DNA of 64,000 nucleotides, taken from NCBI GenBank assembly GCA_964016885.1, contig OZ024742.1:49662001-49726000 (forward strand), in the 5' to 3' direction. The notes beneath the pieces were generated by a model. The model worked only from the letters and a program-made list of their open reading frames with translations, was not told the origin of the DNA and ran no database searches. Source of the stretch: Eledone cirrhosa. Taxonomy: Eukaryota. Below are positions 39,506 through 54,660 of this stretch, piece after piece. The number at the start of each line of letters is the position of its first letter. The first letter of the stretch is position 1. Both the position numbers and the translations under genes were made by a program.

Positions 39506-39854
39506 GGAGGTACATGGCTTAGTGGTTAGAGCATTGGCCTTGCAATCGAAAGGTTGTGAGTTCAATTCTCAGACCTGGTGATGTGTTGTTTTCTTGAACA
39601 AGACACTTTATTTCACATTGCTCCAGTTTACTCAGCTGTAGAAATGAGATGATAGGGACTGGGGTCCATATCATTCCATTGCAAAGTAGTCGTGGAGGTG
39701 CCACGGCAAAAAAGCATCTAGCACTCACTGTAAATGAGGTTGGTGTTAGGAAGGGCATCCAGCTGTAGAAATCAAGCCAGAATCAGTTCCCGTCCCACTC
39801 TTGCAAGCAGGTAAAGCGGACGTAAAATTAAATGATGATGATGATGATGATGAT
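39506..39854 (+). mobile_element. Full-length tRNA-derived SINE with RTE-derived 3' region and (GAT)n tail
   Basis: A box TGGCTTAGTGG, B box GAGTTCAATTC, central domain, then segments matching RTE 3' ends in this window. Second copy at 49383-49703. Confidence 0.9.
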
Positions 39855-40016
39855 ATATCAGATGCTGTTAGTTAAGACCAGTAGGACTATTATTCAACTA
39901 TGTCCACTATACTTAAAGTAAGTACAGTGTAGATATTGTTATATGATAGGGAGCCCAGTGGTGAAGCTTAAACCATTTCAATAGTCGCATACATGCACAC
40001 ACACACACACACACAA

Positions 40017-40056
<40 letters not shown>

Positions 40057-40144
40057 GTGTGTATCAGTATATGTGCATGTGTGTGTGTTTGTGAATGAAT
40101 ATATGATTTTACATAATATATATATATATTGTATATTAATAATT

Positions 40145-40329
40145 GTTTCTACTTTTGGCACAAGGCCAGCAATAACCCAGTGTATTACTGGTACTTTATT
40201 TTATCGACCATGTAAGGATGAAAGGCAAAGTTAACCTCGGCGGGATTTGAACTCAGAATGGCAAGGGCCATAACTCTATGCATCAAAGTATGGCATCCGA
40301 CCCCCTACCGATACTGCCAATCCACCGTC
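40145..40329 (-). mobile_element. Full-length Nin/Deu-like SINE with 19-bp TSD
   Basis: TSD ATATTGTATATTAATAATT at 40126-40144 and 40330-40348; head, B box, core and tail intact. Confidence 0.9.
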
Positions 40330-41083
40330 ATATTGTATATTAATAATTTCACCTAATCATTCAGCACTTCCCTATTAACTCACAATTATGTGTTACTTTT
40401 GTTTCTACTATTTTGTTCGCTTTGTGTTTCTTTTTGTGGCAATACTGCAGCAATGATTTTATGGCTTGTGAGAACTATTTTATCTGTAGCATAAAAAAAT
40501 ATTCAATTTTTTGGTTATGAAATAAAATATCTCTTACTATAATTTTATTTTTATGAGTAATGTTTTTAATGTTCACTGACACACCACCAACCAGTCCCTT
40601 GTATATGAGTGTAAGGTATGTTGGGGTGCCAGTGAACAAAGAGTGGGGCCTGGTCTTTTAACTCATCTACAAGAGCTGTAACATCAAATATGAATTAACT
40701 GAGACTTTGACAACTAGTCAAACACATGGCAGCATGGAGAGCAGATATAATACAATGATATTGATGAAATATATATATATCATTATCATCATCGTTGTTT
40801 CTACATTGATTTTTTAATATTGGCTGGATGCCCTTTTTGTCAACAATTTGTTTAGTATTTTCATGCAGCACATTGGGACACAGTGTATCTATTCTAAACA
40901 AGATACACATATATATTATACTATAGATTTGATATAGTCTGAAATGTAGAACTAGAAATTAATCTGATATAGATATACATGCCATGGTGTTGGAAGATCA
41001 AATATGTTTTGGTTTTAATGTTTGGTTAACATGATTTCTTCTCTAAAGCTGTATCCAAGCACGAGTCATTCTATCACCTTTAA

Positions 41084-41304
41084 CCCTTTAGCATTTACAT
41101 TACTCTATATATACTATTATATTTTTGCCGTAAAGGCTTTATCTTACATAATTATCTCACATAATCTCGAGTCTATGAGATTTTGATGTTATTTATTATG
41201 AGAACAACACCTTAACATCAGTATGAGCAACCAGTTACAGCCAGTTTGAACAGAAAGAGCTGAGAGGATTCTCGCCAGATATGGGCGGTTTAAATGCTAA
41301 AGGG
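41084..41304. mobile_element. piggyBac-type MITE, 221 bp
   Basis: TTAA TSD at 41080-41083 and 41305-41308; perfect 14-bp TIR CCCTTTAGCATTTA / TAAATGCTAAAGGG; no coding capacity. Confidence 0.9.
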
Positions 41305-44160
41305 TTAAATAGTAATATTTTGAGACTTAACAATAAATAGACAAGCACACAAATAAACAGATAAATAAAATAATGGTATTTTTAATATTGTTTACTTAAA
41401 TATAATGATGAAAATGGATCTTGTTATTACAAAATAACTAAACAGGATTTTCAGCAATTAAAATTGATACTCAAGCATGTTTTTATTGTCCCCCAAATAG
41501 AAGTATTACAACTATGATACATTATAGATGTAATTGCTTCTGTAACAAATAAACCTTTTAAATGCTTCTTTATTAAAGTGTTCAAATATTCACCAAACCC
41601 CAAAATCCATTTAGTTCTATTCTATGATACTGTTGAAATATATTTCAGTGTGTGCTATAACATATTACACAAATTGTGTGTCATATTACAATTGAACACT
41701 ATTTTATGTTCTAAAATTCAATAAATAAGCTTCTGTAAAAACATACAAATCCTCCATTAATGTTCCTCAATTTGTTCTTTTATAATCAGTGCAGCCTGAA
41801 TGTTATTAGTTACATCAACCAACTATATTATAATCAATCAATGAATCAAATTGTAACTGGTTTGGCTGGTTATAGGGGTTACCACTCTAGAATTTTGACT
41901 GTGTCCTTCATGACATTTCAGTGAGCCTTAGAAATGGTTGGTTGTGCTCATCTTCCCACCCAACAACATAACAATTTGATGTATTACATATAAAATATTT
42001 AAGAAAGAAATTTATCAAGATATGACACAATCTAAAGGACAGATGAGATAATAAAAATAATACTAAGCATAAGAGGAATCAGGTGTAGTGAGCAAGAAAA
42101 TAGATAACACTAGTATGAACATATAAAATGGTGATTATTAGTTAAGAGGAACTCCAAGTAGAAAGTAACTGCAGAAGAGGAAGACAAAAGAAATCCTGGG
42201 CAGAAGTGGTGAGAGCAGATCTCAGTATAGTGAACCTTACCTTAGAGAGATGATAGCAAAGAAATATGAGAGGTGGATAAAAGCTGTGAAAATGTATCAT
42301 GATAGAATGAGCAGGATTGCTTCTGAATGAAAATTCAATAAATTGGGTTTACTGCTGGATGGTCTTTCTTGCCAATACCTTCTCATATTTGAAGTAAATG
42401 TGAGGTCTCAGGTTATTCCATCACTTATATACATATTTGCTAGAAAACAAAGCTATTAATTTCATGATGGACATCAAAAGAATTCCTGGGTTTTTATATT
42501 TTAAAATGGCCATAAATTTAGTCAGTTGAACATTTCCTAATTGATTTCAGCAGTTTAAAATGTGTTCTTGACAACATGGAAGGTAATATCATATTATATA
42601 ACTGAAATGTAACATTCATTCTGTAGCTATATGCACATTAATTTTGATCCCTGCCATCTACCCACTTCATTTTGAAGGTTGCTACAGGTACTGCTTAAAT
42701 CTTGGCTAAACATTTTTTCTTAACCAGAAAGCCTAGGATTGGTTATGGATAAACTCAATATTTAATTTATACTGTTCCAGGCATTTGTTCAAACTTCAAA
42801 CTTTCCAATCACTTGGAAGATAAATATGCTTACATGACAGTGAATGTCTTTGATAATAGGGTTTCCTATCATGCAGGACATGAATGGTTAACAATGTTAG
42901 CACCAAATTTATCATTATGCTATAATGTTTTTTATGTTTACATTCTAATTATTTCATCTAAAGAAGCTATCTATCTAATCAGGAATCCCTATCCTGATGA
43001 CTCACACAGTCAAACATGCATTTCATCTATTATCTACACATTGATAATAATATTTAGAAATAGAATAAAGAAAATTTGATATTGTTACTGAATTTGCTAG
43101 AATTAGCAGCTAAATAATATGCTTGAAATAATAACCCCAACCATCTGAAAAATGAAAAACACATTTGATAATCTTATCATAGATGTACTATGATCAAATT
43201 ACAATGGAGATGCCCATGGGTGGATTGCCATTGTTGTATCGATTCCAGATGAGATTTAAAGGCCAAACAATAACTGCCATGGCAACCGTTTCATCACCAA
43301 AATCATCATCAGCATACGCTCGTGTTTCCATTATTGGATGGGTCTTTTACAGCAAAACATTTCTCTACTTCATCTCTTCTGTGAGCTTCAGTGATTTGAA
43401 ATCAACTCCTACACACTACCCAAATCTTCCTTGGTTTCCTTCTACTAGTTTCTTTCATCTGGGATTTCATGGCACCCAACAAACAGCAACCTTATGTATC
43501 ACATGGCCATACCAGTGCAGTCATTTCTCCCACACACTACATCTGTTTCCACTTATATCCAGCACTTCTCTCAATTTCTCCATGTTTTCATCCATTATAG
43601 TATATTGAAGTTTGTCTATGCTGTTTCAATATCCATATCTATACCTATAAATACCAATAAATGAAGTAGAATATTATGAAAAACAAACATTAGAACATAA
43701 TGTTGCTTTTATTTATTGTTTTGGTTTTAATATGAACTCATAAAAATAAAATTCTATTTATATATATTACATAAATGAAATTATTTCAGACGTAAACTAT
43801 ATAAGTGTTTGTGCAATAGTTTTAAGCTGAGTTAAAAAAAAAAAAACATGCTCTGTACGATGGTAATAAATAAGGTACGAATGATTTTAAATTTCAATAG
43901 AGAAATCACTTCCTATGCAGTTACTTAATAAAGAACATCGTTCAAACACTTTTAAATGGCTTTTTAATTTCATCATTTATAAAAGAATTGAAAAAGAACA
44001 GATGGGAAATAATCATTCCAAATAAATATACAAAAACCTGAAAAACATAATCTGATCATAATATTAAGAAGAATTACAAAGGTTGTTATATTTAGATATC
44101 TATATGTACACACAGTTAAATCCACGCACACTCAAACATACACATATATTCATATATATA

Positions 44161-45685
<1,525 letters not shown>

Positions 45686-45964
45686 TAATGTATTATGTTT
45701 ATTGCATTGTGTTATATATAATTCCTGCTCTATATAACCAAATTTGTTTAGATTTAGGTTAGTTGCTTTGGACTATGTTTGTAATATGGTTCTTAATGTT
45801 ATCTACATCGTTAGTTATTCTTATTATTATATATTTTTATTATTTTTATTTTTATTTTCATTTTTATTATCATATATTTTTGTAAGACTTTAGTGTATGC
45901 ACACTCCATATTCTTCAGAGTTTCCGGCTTGTATCTGCCGATATTACTTCTTGTTGTTTTGATT

Positions 45965-46002
45965 GCCCTGATGAGTCCTTAATAGGACGAAACATTGTCG
46001 GC
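45965..46002 (+). ncRNA. Canonical minimal type I hammerhead ribozyme in a Penelope-like 3' terminus (~45700-46050)
   Basis: GCC-CTGATGA-GTCCT taat AGGAC-GAA-AC att GT-C-GGC. All core nucleotides present, GUC cleavage after 45999, followed by AATAAA and then (TA)n. Confidence 0.88.
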
Positions 46003-46069
46003 TAATAAAAACTTTTGATGTATTAAAGGATTCTTTGTTTTACTCTCTTAATATATATATATATATATA

Positions 46070-47200
46070 TATCATCATTTAACGTCCATCTTCCATGCTT
46101 GCATGGGTTTGGACAGGAGTTTTACCTCTAGAAGCAAGATTTGTTGTCCTGCTCATATAGGACTGTCTGACGGGTTTTCTACGGCTGGATGCCCTTCCTA
46201 ACACCAGCCAAGTTTACAGTGTTGACTGGGAGGTTTTTATCGTGTTACCTACACAGCCACATTACAGCGTGGAGTGTGTGTTTTTTTGTCGTGACACCTA
46301 CACGACCTCATTTGTTTCGGACTGGATCTTGTGGTACCAACATAACTTCAAATTTAAGGGGGTGGGGTAGTGGGACGGGGGTGTATTTTGTTAGAGGTTC
46401 CTACTGACTGCAGGTTTCGCTTTGTACTTAGGCAAGGTGTGTCTTCTGTATGACTGTGTAGCGCCAAAGATCTCGGTCCAGTGACATTGTCTTGGAGAGG
46501 TGTGTGTGAGGTCGGAATTTATCAAGTCGTCCCAGGTTTTTCTGGGTCTGCCTACTCCGTGGCTACCGTCTATTTTTATCGCCCTGCACTTTTTTATACA
46601 GCTGTCGTCTTTCATGCGCATCACGTGACCATACCAACCTAGTCTTCTCTCGAGTAAACAACATCTGATCCCTCTTATTGCTAATTTCTCCCTTAGTTCG
46701 TTTATGCTTTGCCGTTCACGTATATTACTATTACACATCCAGCGGAGCATGCAAGCTTCGTTTCACTCCAGTCTGCATATTTCCTCTGCACACAATGCCC
46801 AGGTCTCACTGCCATGTAACATTGCTGTTTGTATGCAGGCATCATACAACCTGCCTTTCATTTTTAGAGAGAACCCTTTAGCGGCCAATAGTGGTATAAG
46901 CTCTCTGAACTTTTTCCATCCCGTTCTGACTCTAGCTACTCTACTTTCAGAGCACTCTCCCCCACTGCTGATTTTGTCACCCAGGTAACGGAAGGTGTCC
47001 ACTATTTCTATAGAACCATCTGTACAATGGAATGAGCTAGTATTTTGTGGGCACTTGCTGCTACTTATTGCACCAGATTACCAGCCACATATAAAATGTA
47101 TATTCTTAGTTAGCTTACATGTGATCCCACTACATCTTTTATGCACCCATACTTTGCAATTGGGACATAAAATGGAGTTTCTGCCTACTCATTTCCTACA
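46070..47200 (-). mobile_element. 5'-truncated RTE LINE (family B): end of ORF2, long 3' UTR, (GAT)n tail
   Basis: ORFs 46763-47002 and 46391-46750: FRYLGDKIS, GWKKFREL, MLHGSETW, RRLGWYGHVMRM, GRPRKTW. PHD-like [12 protein letters not shown] at ~47130-47170. Confidence 0.9.
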
Positions 47201-47204
47201 GACA

Positions 47205-47273
<69 letters not shown>

Positions 47274-47356
47274 TAGATATATCTATATCTATATATATTT
47301 AAACCCATGCAAGCGTGGAACATGGACGTTAAACGATGATGATGATGATGATGATG

Positions 47357-47398
<42 letters not shown>

Positions 47399-47459
47399 AT
47401 TTATATAATATATATAAATATATATATATATATAAATATATATACATATATATATATAA

Positions 47460-47515
<56 letters not shown>

Positions 47516-48138
47516 TGGCTGCCAACTCGTTTTCGAGTACGGCCACTACTTTATATCCATGTAGGAGAACCCCTAACGATGCGCTGAACGAGTGTGACTT
47601 TTTAGTCCAGCCAGCGACTTGAAAACTCTGGTACAAACACTACACTTGTGACAATTATTGACACATAGTGCTGGGCCCATGGTACCATGTGACGATAAGT
47701 GCAGAGAGATCTCCAGATATAAAGCAATGCCTGTGCTGTGAAGCTTTTATAGTGAGCAAAGGCACTGCACAAAGCCAGTCCCACTCTCTTAACCAAGATG
47801 ATATTTACCAAAAAGAAGAACAAGTCAACATCATTGGATACCATCAGGGTTGCAGGTGTTATATCAGAGTTTTCCTTCTCTTAGAATTCTGCCTTGACAA
47901 AGGCTAAGGGGTCATCTCTCCCAGTGATTTTGGATGGCCATTGACTCTTAAGAGCTCCTTTGCCCTTCGACAGGTTTTGTTTTTAGTCCTGCAGGATGTC
48001 CAAAGTCACCCTCCTCACCAAGAAACCTTGGTGGGGTTGCCAGTTTAGTCGCCAACGACCCGACCATGAGACAGGTTGTACTGGGATACATGTTACCAGT
48101 AGCACCAAGTGGTGACCTGACATATATATATATATATG

Positions 48139-48198
<60 letters not shown>

Positions 48199-48200
<2 letters not shown>

Positions 48201-48965
48201 AAATTAAGATAAATTAAATGAATTTAATCCAAATCGAAATTATGGGTGTCATTCATGCCATAACGGCGTGTGCCATATCGCCCGGAAAATAAGCTCAAAG
48301 ATTCTATCGTGTATGTCCGAGCATTTTATAATAACTAGAAATTGATTAACATATATATAAACATAAATAATCACAGGAGATAATTTTTACAACCCTGTAA
48401 CCACGCATAGCTAGGTAGGTAACAAATAAATAAAGTTGACTAGAACTTCAAATATAGATACCTTTTAATATGATTAATCTTCCCTGTATATATTCCATTA
48501 AAGAAATATATTTCACCAATTAATCAGATGGTAAGTCACGGAAGTGGATATTTTTGGATTATCAACAAGGAAGAAAAATTTGCAGCAATCCATGCTTACA
48601 CAGCGAGTTCAAATCTTCAACTGGCCGCTACCGCGTGTTGTGTTTACACACCATAGAGGCTTCGTCTCAGTGGCGTGAATGGGTTTTCGACAACTAGAAA
48701 CAGCAGTCGATTCCTTTCAACAGAGTTAGCTCTATAATTAAGGAGCCGTATTTATATATCTATATCCAAAATTAAGATAAATTAAATGAATTTAATCCAA
48801 ATCGAAATTATGGGTGTCATGCCATAACGGTGTGCACCATATCGCCCGGAAAATAAGCTCAAAGACTCTGTCGTGTAGGTCCGAGCATTTTATAATAACT
48901 AGAAATTGATTAACATATATATAAAAAAGACACCCATAATTTCGATTTGGATTAAATTCATTTAA
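48199..48965. mobile_element. Non-coding element with ~160 bp direct terminal repeats (48199-48360, 48767-48923) plus a short inverted copy (48929-48965)
   Basis: Direct repeats are near-identical; gacacccataatttcgatttggattaaattcatttaa is the reverse complement of the repeat start. Direct-plus-inverted pLTR layout is typical of Penelope-like elements. Confidence 0.7.
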
Positions 48966-49300
48966 GCTATCTCTCTCTCTCTATCACCCATCTCTCCTCC
49001 TATCTCATCCTTCCTCATTATACTCCTCCCTCTCCACTTTTTACTCTCATCTCCTCCTCTTTTTCATCCTTTCCAACCCCCCCCTCTCTAAATAAAATAT
49101 TTTTCCCAATATCACACATCAATCTAAAACTACTTCTCATATGTTGATTTAAAACTGAACTATCCACAAGTGTTTTTTAACCTTCATATCATGTCTTCAT
49201 GTTTTATCTGATGAAAACACAAATATTATTGCATGATGATATTTGTTTTTGAAATGCGCATAATAAAATACATGGAACTCTTTTAACCATCTTTTGTTCT

Positions 49301-49382
<82 letters not shown>

Positions 49383-49384
<2 letters not shown>

Positions 49385-49703
49385 TGGCCTTGCAATCGAA
49401 AGGTTGTGAGTTCAATTCTCAGACTGGCTGATGTGTTGTTTCTTTGAGCAAGACACTTTATTTCACATTGCTCCAGTATAGTCAGCTGTAGAAATGAGAT
49501 GATAGGACTGGGGTCCCTATCATTCCACTGCAAAGTGGTTGTGGAGGTGCCATGGAAAATAAAGCACCCAGCACTCACTGTAAATGATGTTGGTGTTAGG
49601 AAGGGCATTCAGCTGTAGAAATCAAGCCAGAATCAGTTCCCGTCCCACCCTTGCAAGCAGGGAAAAGCGGACGTAAAATGATGATGATGATGATGATGAT
49701 GAT
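49383..49703 (+). mobile_element. Second copy of the RTE-tailed tRNA SINE, slightly 5'-truncated, abutting (TA)n
   Basis: Colinear and highly similar to 39530-39854. Confidence 0.9.
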
Positions 49704-49711
49704 GTGTGTGT

Positions 49712-50984
<1,273 letters not shown>

Positions 50985-50985
<1 letters not shown>

Positions 50986-51478
50986 CATCATCATCATCAT
51001 CATCACCGTTTTACGTCCGTTCTTCCACGCTAGCATGGGTTAGACGGGTTGTCCTGTTGTGGGCAGTGTCTGGTCGGCTGACCATGCCTTGCTCATACAG
51101 GAACTGATCTGGCTTGATTTCTACAGCTGGATGCCCTTCCTAACACCAACCTCATTTACAGTGAGTGCTGGGTGCTTTTTCGTGGCGCCTACACGTCCAC
51201 TTTACAGTGTGGGCTGGGTGCTTTTTTGCCGTGGCACCTCCACGACCACCTTGCGGTGGGGGGGAGTGGGGGCATATTGTTTATATGCTTCAGCATGTAC
51301 CCATGGGAGGTCGGGTACCCTGTATTACTGCGTGACGCCAGAAGTCACGGTCGTGTGTCATTGACTTTGAGAGGTGTAGTTGGGTAAGGTCGGCTTTTAT
51401 CACCTCATCCCAAGTCATCTTGGGTCTCCCCACTCCGCGGTTTCCATCAACTTCTAGTGTTCTGCACCTTTTTATGCG
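50985..51478 (-). mobile_element. RTE LINE 3' end (family B-like) with long 3' UTR and (GAT)n tail
   Basis: Minus strand reads RIKRCRTLEVDGNRGVGRPKMTWDEVIKADL; closely matches 63268-63724 in the opposite orientation. Confidence 0.85.
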
Positions 51479-51601
51479 AGGTATATGAAAAATTTGATAC
51501 GGAAAATTAATTCAAAATCCCCGCCACTATACTACCCTAAGTATTGAGTACTTTGGTGCGATATGGTCCACCTGGGTCCTTACCACATTTCCTTCGTTAT
51601 A

Positions 51602-53408
51602 TCATCATCATCATCATCATCATCATCATTTTACATCCGCTTTTCCCTGCTTGCAAGGGTGGGACGGGTCTTATTCAGCACAGCATCTCTCCACTCGTCA
51701 CGGTCCCTCGTCATCTCCACCGTGAGCTTCAATGATCTGAGGTCTGTCCTCACCACCTCCGCCCATGTTTTTCGTGGTCTACCTCTACCACGTCTTCCTT
51801 CAACTGGCATTTCCTGGCACTTCTTCACCCATCGGTCATCCTCCATGCGCATCACATGTCCATACCACCTCAGTCTCCTCTCCCGTACACTACATTCTAT
51901 CCCTCTCAGACACAGTTTCTCTCTCAACACATTTATGCTGGGTCGTTCACACACATTTACACTGCACATCCAACGGAGCATGCTTGCCTCATTTTTCTCC
52001 AGCTGTCGCATATCCTCTGCAGTTGCTGCCCATGTCTCACTACCATGCAGCATCGCGCTCCTCACACAGGCATCACACAACCGGCCTTTCGTACGCAGGG
52101 AGAAACCCTTCTTCGTCAACAGAGGAAGCAGCTCCCTAAACTTCTTCCAACCCGTCCTTATTCTAGATACTATGGCCTCGGAACACCCTCCTCCCATGCT
52201 AATCTGATCTCCTAGGTACCGGAAGCTATCCACCACTTCTATAGCGCCCTCTTGCATTTGAAAAATGTGTCTATCAGTGCGACTTCTACTGTCTAATTTC
52301 CCTGTACATCTACTGCATACATATTTCTCCCTACCTGTTAGTTTGCCTGCTATCCCGCTACATCTCTTGTGTACCCAGGATCTGCATTGTGTGCATTTAA
52401 AGAATTTATGCCAGTTCCTTTTCTGCATATCGAACATGGCCATTTCACTGACGGAATCAGGGTTTTGTCCTCTTTTCTACTCATCAACACTTTTGTCTTA
52501 GCTAGATTCACTCTCAGTCCTCTTGCTTCCAACTGCTGTTTCCATAGCCAGAATTTATTCTCTAGCTCCTCTACTGATTCTGCTATAAGAACCAGATCGT
52601 CAGCATAGAGAAGTTCCCATGGACAGCCAGTCTTAAACTCCTCTGTTATGGCTTGGAGGACTATAATGAACAAGAGCGGGCTGAGGACCGAACCCTGATG
52701 TACTCCTACTTGTATCTGGAATTCCTCACTAAACTCCATTCCTACCCTGACTTTACTGAGAGTACCTCTGTACAAAGTTTGCACTGTTCTCACAAGCCAT
52801 TCCTCAACACCTAGCTTCCTTAGGGACCACCAGATGACAGATCGGGGTACCCTATCAAAGGCCTTCTCTAGGTCAACAAAGGCTAGGTATAGTGGCTTAT
52901 TCTTCTCTAAGAACCTCTCTTGCATTTGTCTCACCAAGAAGAGGGCATCTGTTGTACTCTTCCCAGGCACAAAACCAAACTGCATCTCATCTAGTTTGAT
53001 CCTTTCTCTAATTAGTTGTGCTAAAATCCTTTATGCCACTTTCATAACCTGATCTATCAGTTTTATACCCCTATAATTGCTCCTCTCCAAAGCATCCCCT
53101 TTACCTTTGTAGCAATTTATGAGAATACTGCTGCACCAGTCTTTGGGTATGACACCACCATATATAGCCTGATTGATGATGCGTGCAACCAGTTTAGTGC
53201 CTACGTCCCCTGATGCTTTCAGCATCTCAGCAACTATTCCCGATGGTCCGGCCGCCTTACCATTTTTCATTTCCCTAATCGCCTCTTGGACCCTATATTC
53301 GTCAATTTCAATAGCTGGTCCCTCTGTCGGATCTACCAAGTGTAATTTCTCTCTCTCCCATTTGTTCTCCACATTCATCAGTCTCTCATAATGACATTTC
53401 CAGGCGTT
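51602..53408 (-). mobile_element. 5'-truncated RTE LINE (family A): RT, PHD-like finger and C-terminus; one nonsense codon and one frameshift
   Basis: KAAGPSGI, NYRGIKL, QFGF, FVDLEKAFDRV, GVHQGSVLSPLLF, LLYADDLVL, FRYLGD, RRLRWYGHV, GRRGRGRPRKTW. In-frame TAA at 53031-53033, frameshift at ~52399, (GAT)n tail at 51602-51629, 5' end abuts (TA)n. Confidence 0.95.
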
Positions 53409-54629
53409 ATATATATATATATATACATACAGCATCACAATTAGCACCATTTAACATCCATTTTTCCATGCTAGTATAGGTTAGATGAGTTTTTCTGTTG
53501 TGAGCAATGCAAGGTCAGGTGAACATGTCTTGCCCATACAGAACCGGTTTGGGCTTGATTTCTCCAGCTGATTGTCCTTCCTAACACCAGCCATAAGTAA
53601 TCGCCCACGAAGCTGGAAAGTGGTGTATGGTCACTCAAAGATGCAGACGTGAATTTCTACATCCAATGGAATGTTGTAGTTAAATCCAAAACATATGGAA
53701 ATGGACCAATATTCCTAAGCTGTGTATTGATGAAAGAATGAATATCTTGTAATAGTAATTGTCTTAACTCAAGAGCCGATTTTCACCTAAACCTTCTTGT
53801 AACTGCCTCATAAATAATTTCCACCCATGCAAATATTACTTTAACTGTATAATAAAAATAATTAATAACATTGTAAATAGTAAAGACATAATGATTTATA
53901 CCTCAACCTATAATTTTGCATGTGCTAACAACTCCATGTACAAAATATTTTTTAAATATATAATTGCTTCCATTCAATGTTTGGTATGAAGTCTATTCTT
54001 GAAACTATTTGAACTTGGTAAACTTTGTTCCTTCTCATATTTTCCTGGTGAAATGCAGTTATATGTATTATATATGGTGTTAATGAATTGCTATTTAATT
54101 ATTTCTAATTGTTTGCATATGTAACCCTATTGAAATAGATGTAGAAATTAAAGAATGAATTTAAGTTGTTAACCTTTGTCTGGTCTCCTGTTATATTGTG
54201 TGTATGTGTGTGTGTATATATATATATATATACACACACACACATGATGTTGTAATTTGAATTAGTGAAAACCGAACATATTTTAACAGTTTCTCTGATG
54301 ATCTGGTTAGCTAACAACATATTTAAAATTGAGTGGCACAGCTCCAAGTGTTCAGCAATTTTTAGACAACTTAATCAGTGAAACAATTGTTAGACTGTAA
54401 ATAAAACCCTTTTTTATACTGTTGACCTTGTTATTCTTCACTCTTTCAATATTATTACTCCAAGATAAACTTACGTAGGAATGCAAGAGAACTCATAAAT
54501 TCGCCACCTATGTAAATCCCTTGTTGAGTCAAACAACGCCATACGCTAAAACTATCCATAATACGAAGTATTCACAACCTCTAACTGGATTACCTATAAC
54601 GATATTTTGTTATCCCTTATCTCTCTCTT

Positions 54630-54660
<31 letters not shown>

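Noticed and set aside
39506-39580. Possible tRNA gene
   Set aside because: It has A and B boxes but no proper acceptor stem or T-run terminator, and it continues into a SINE body repeated at 49383.
51563-52215. Long plus-strand ORFs (214, 124 and 119 aa)
   Set aside because: Antisense shadows of the minus-strand RTE ORF2.
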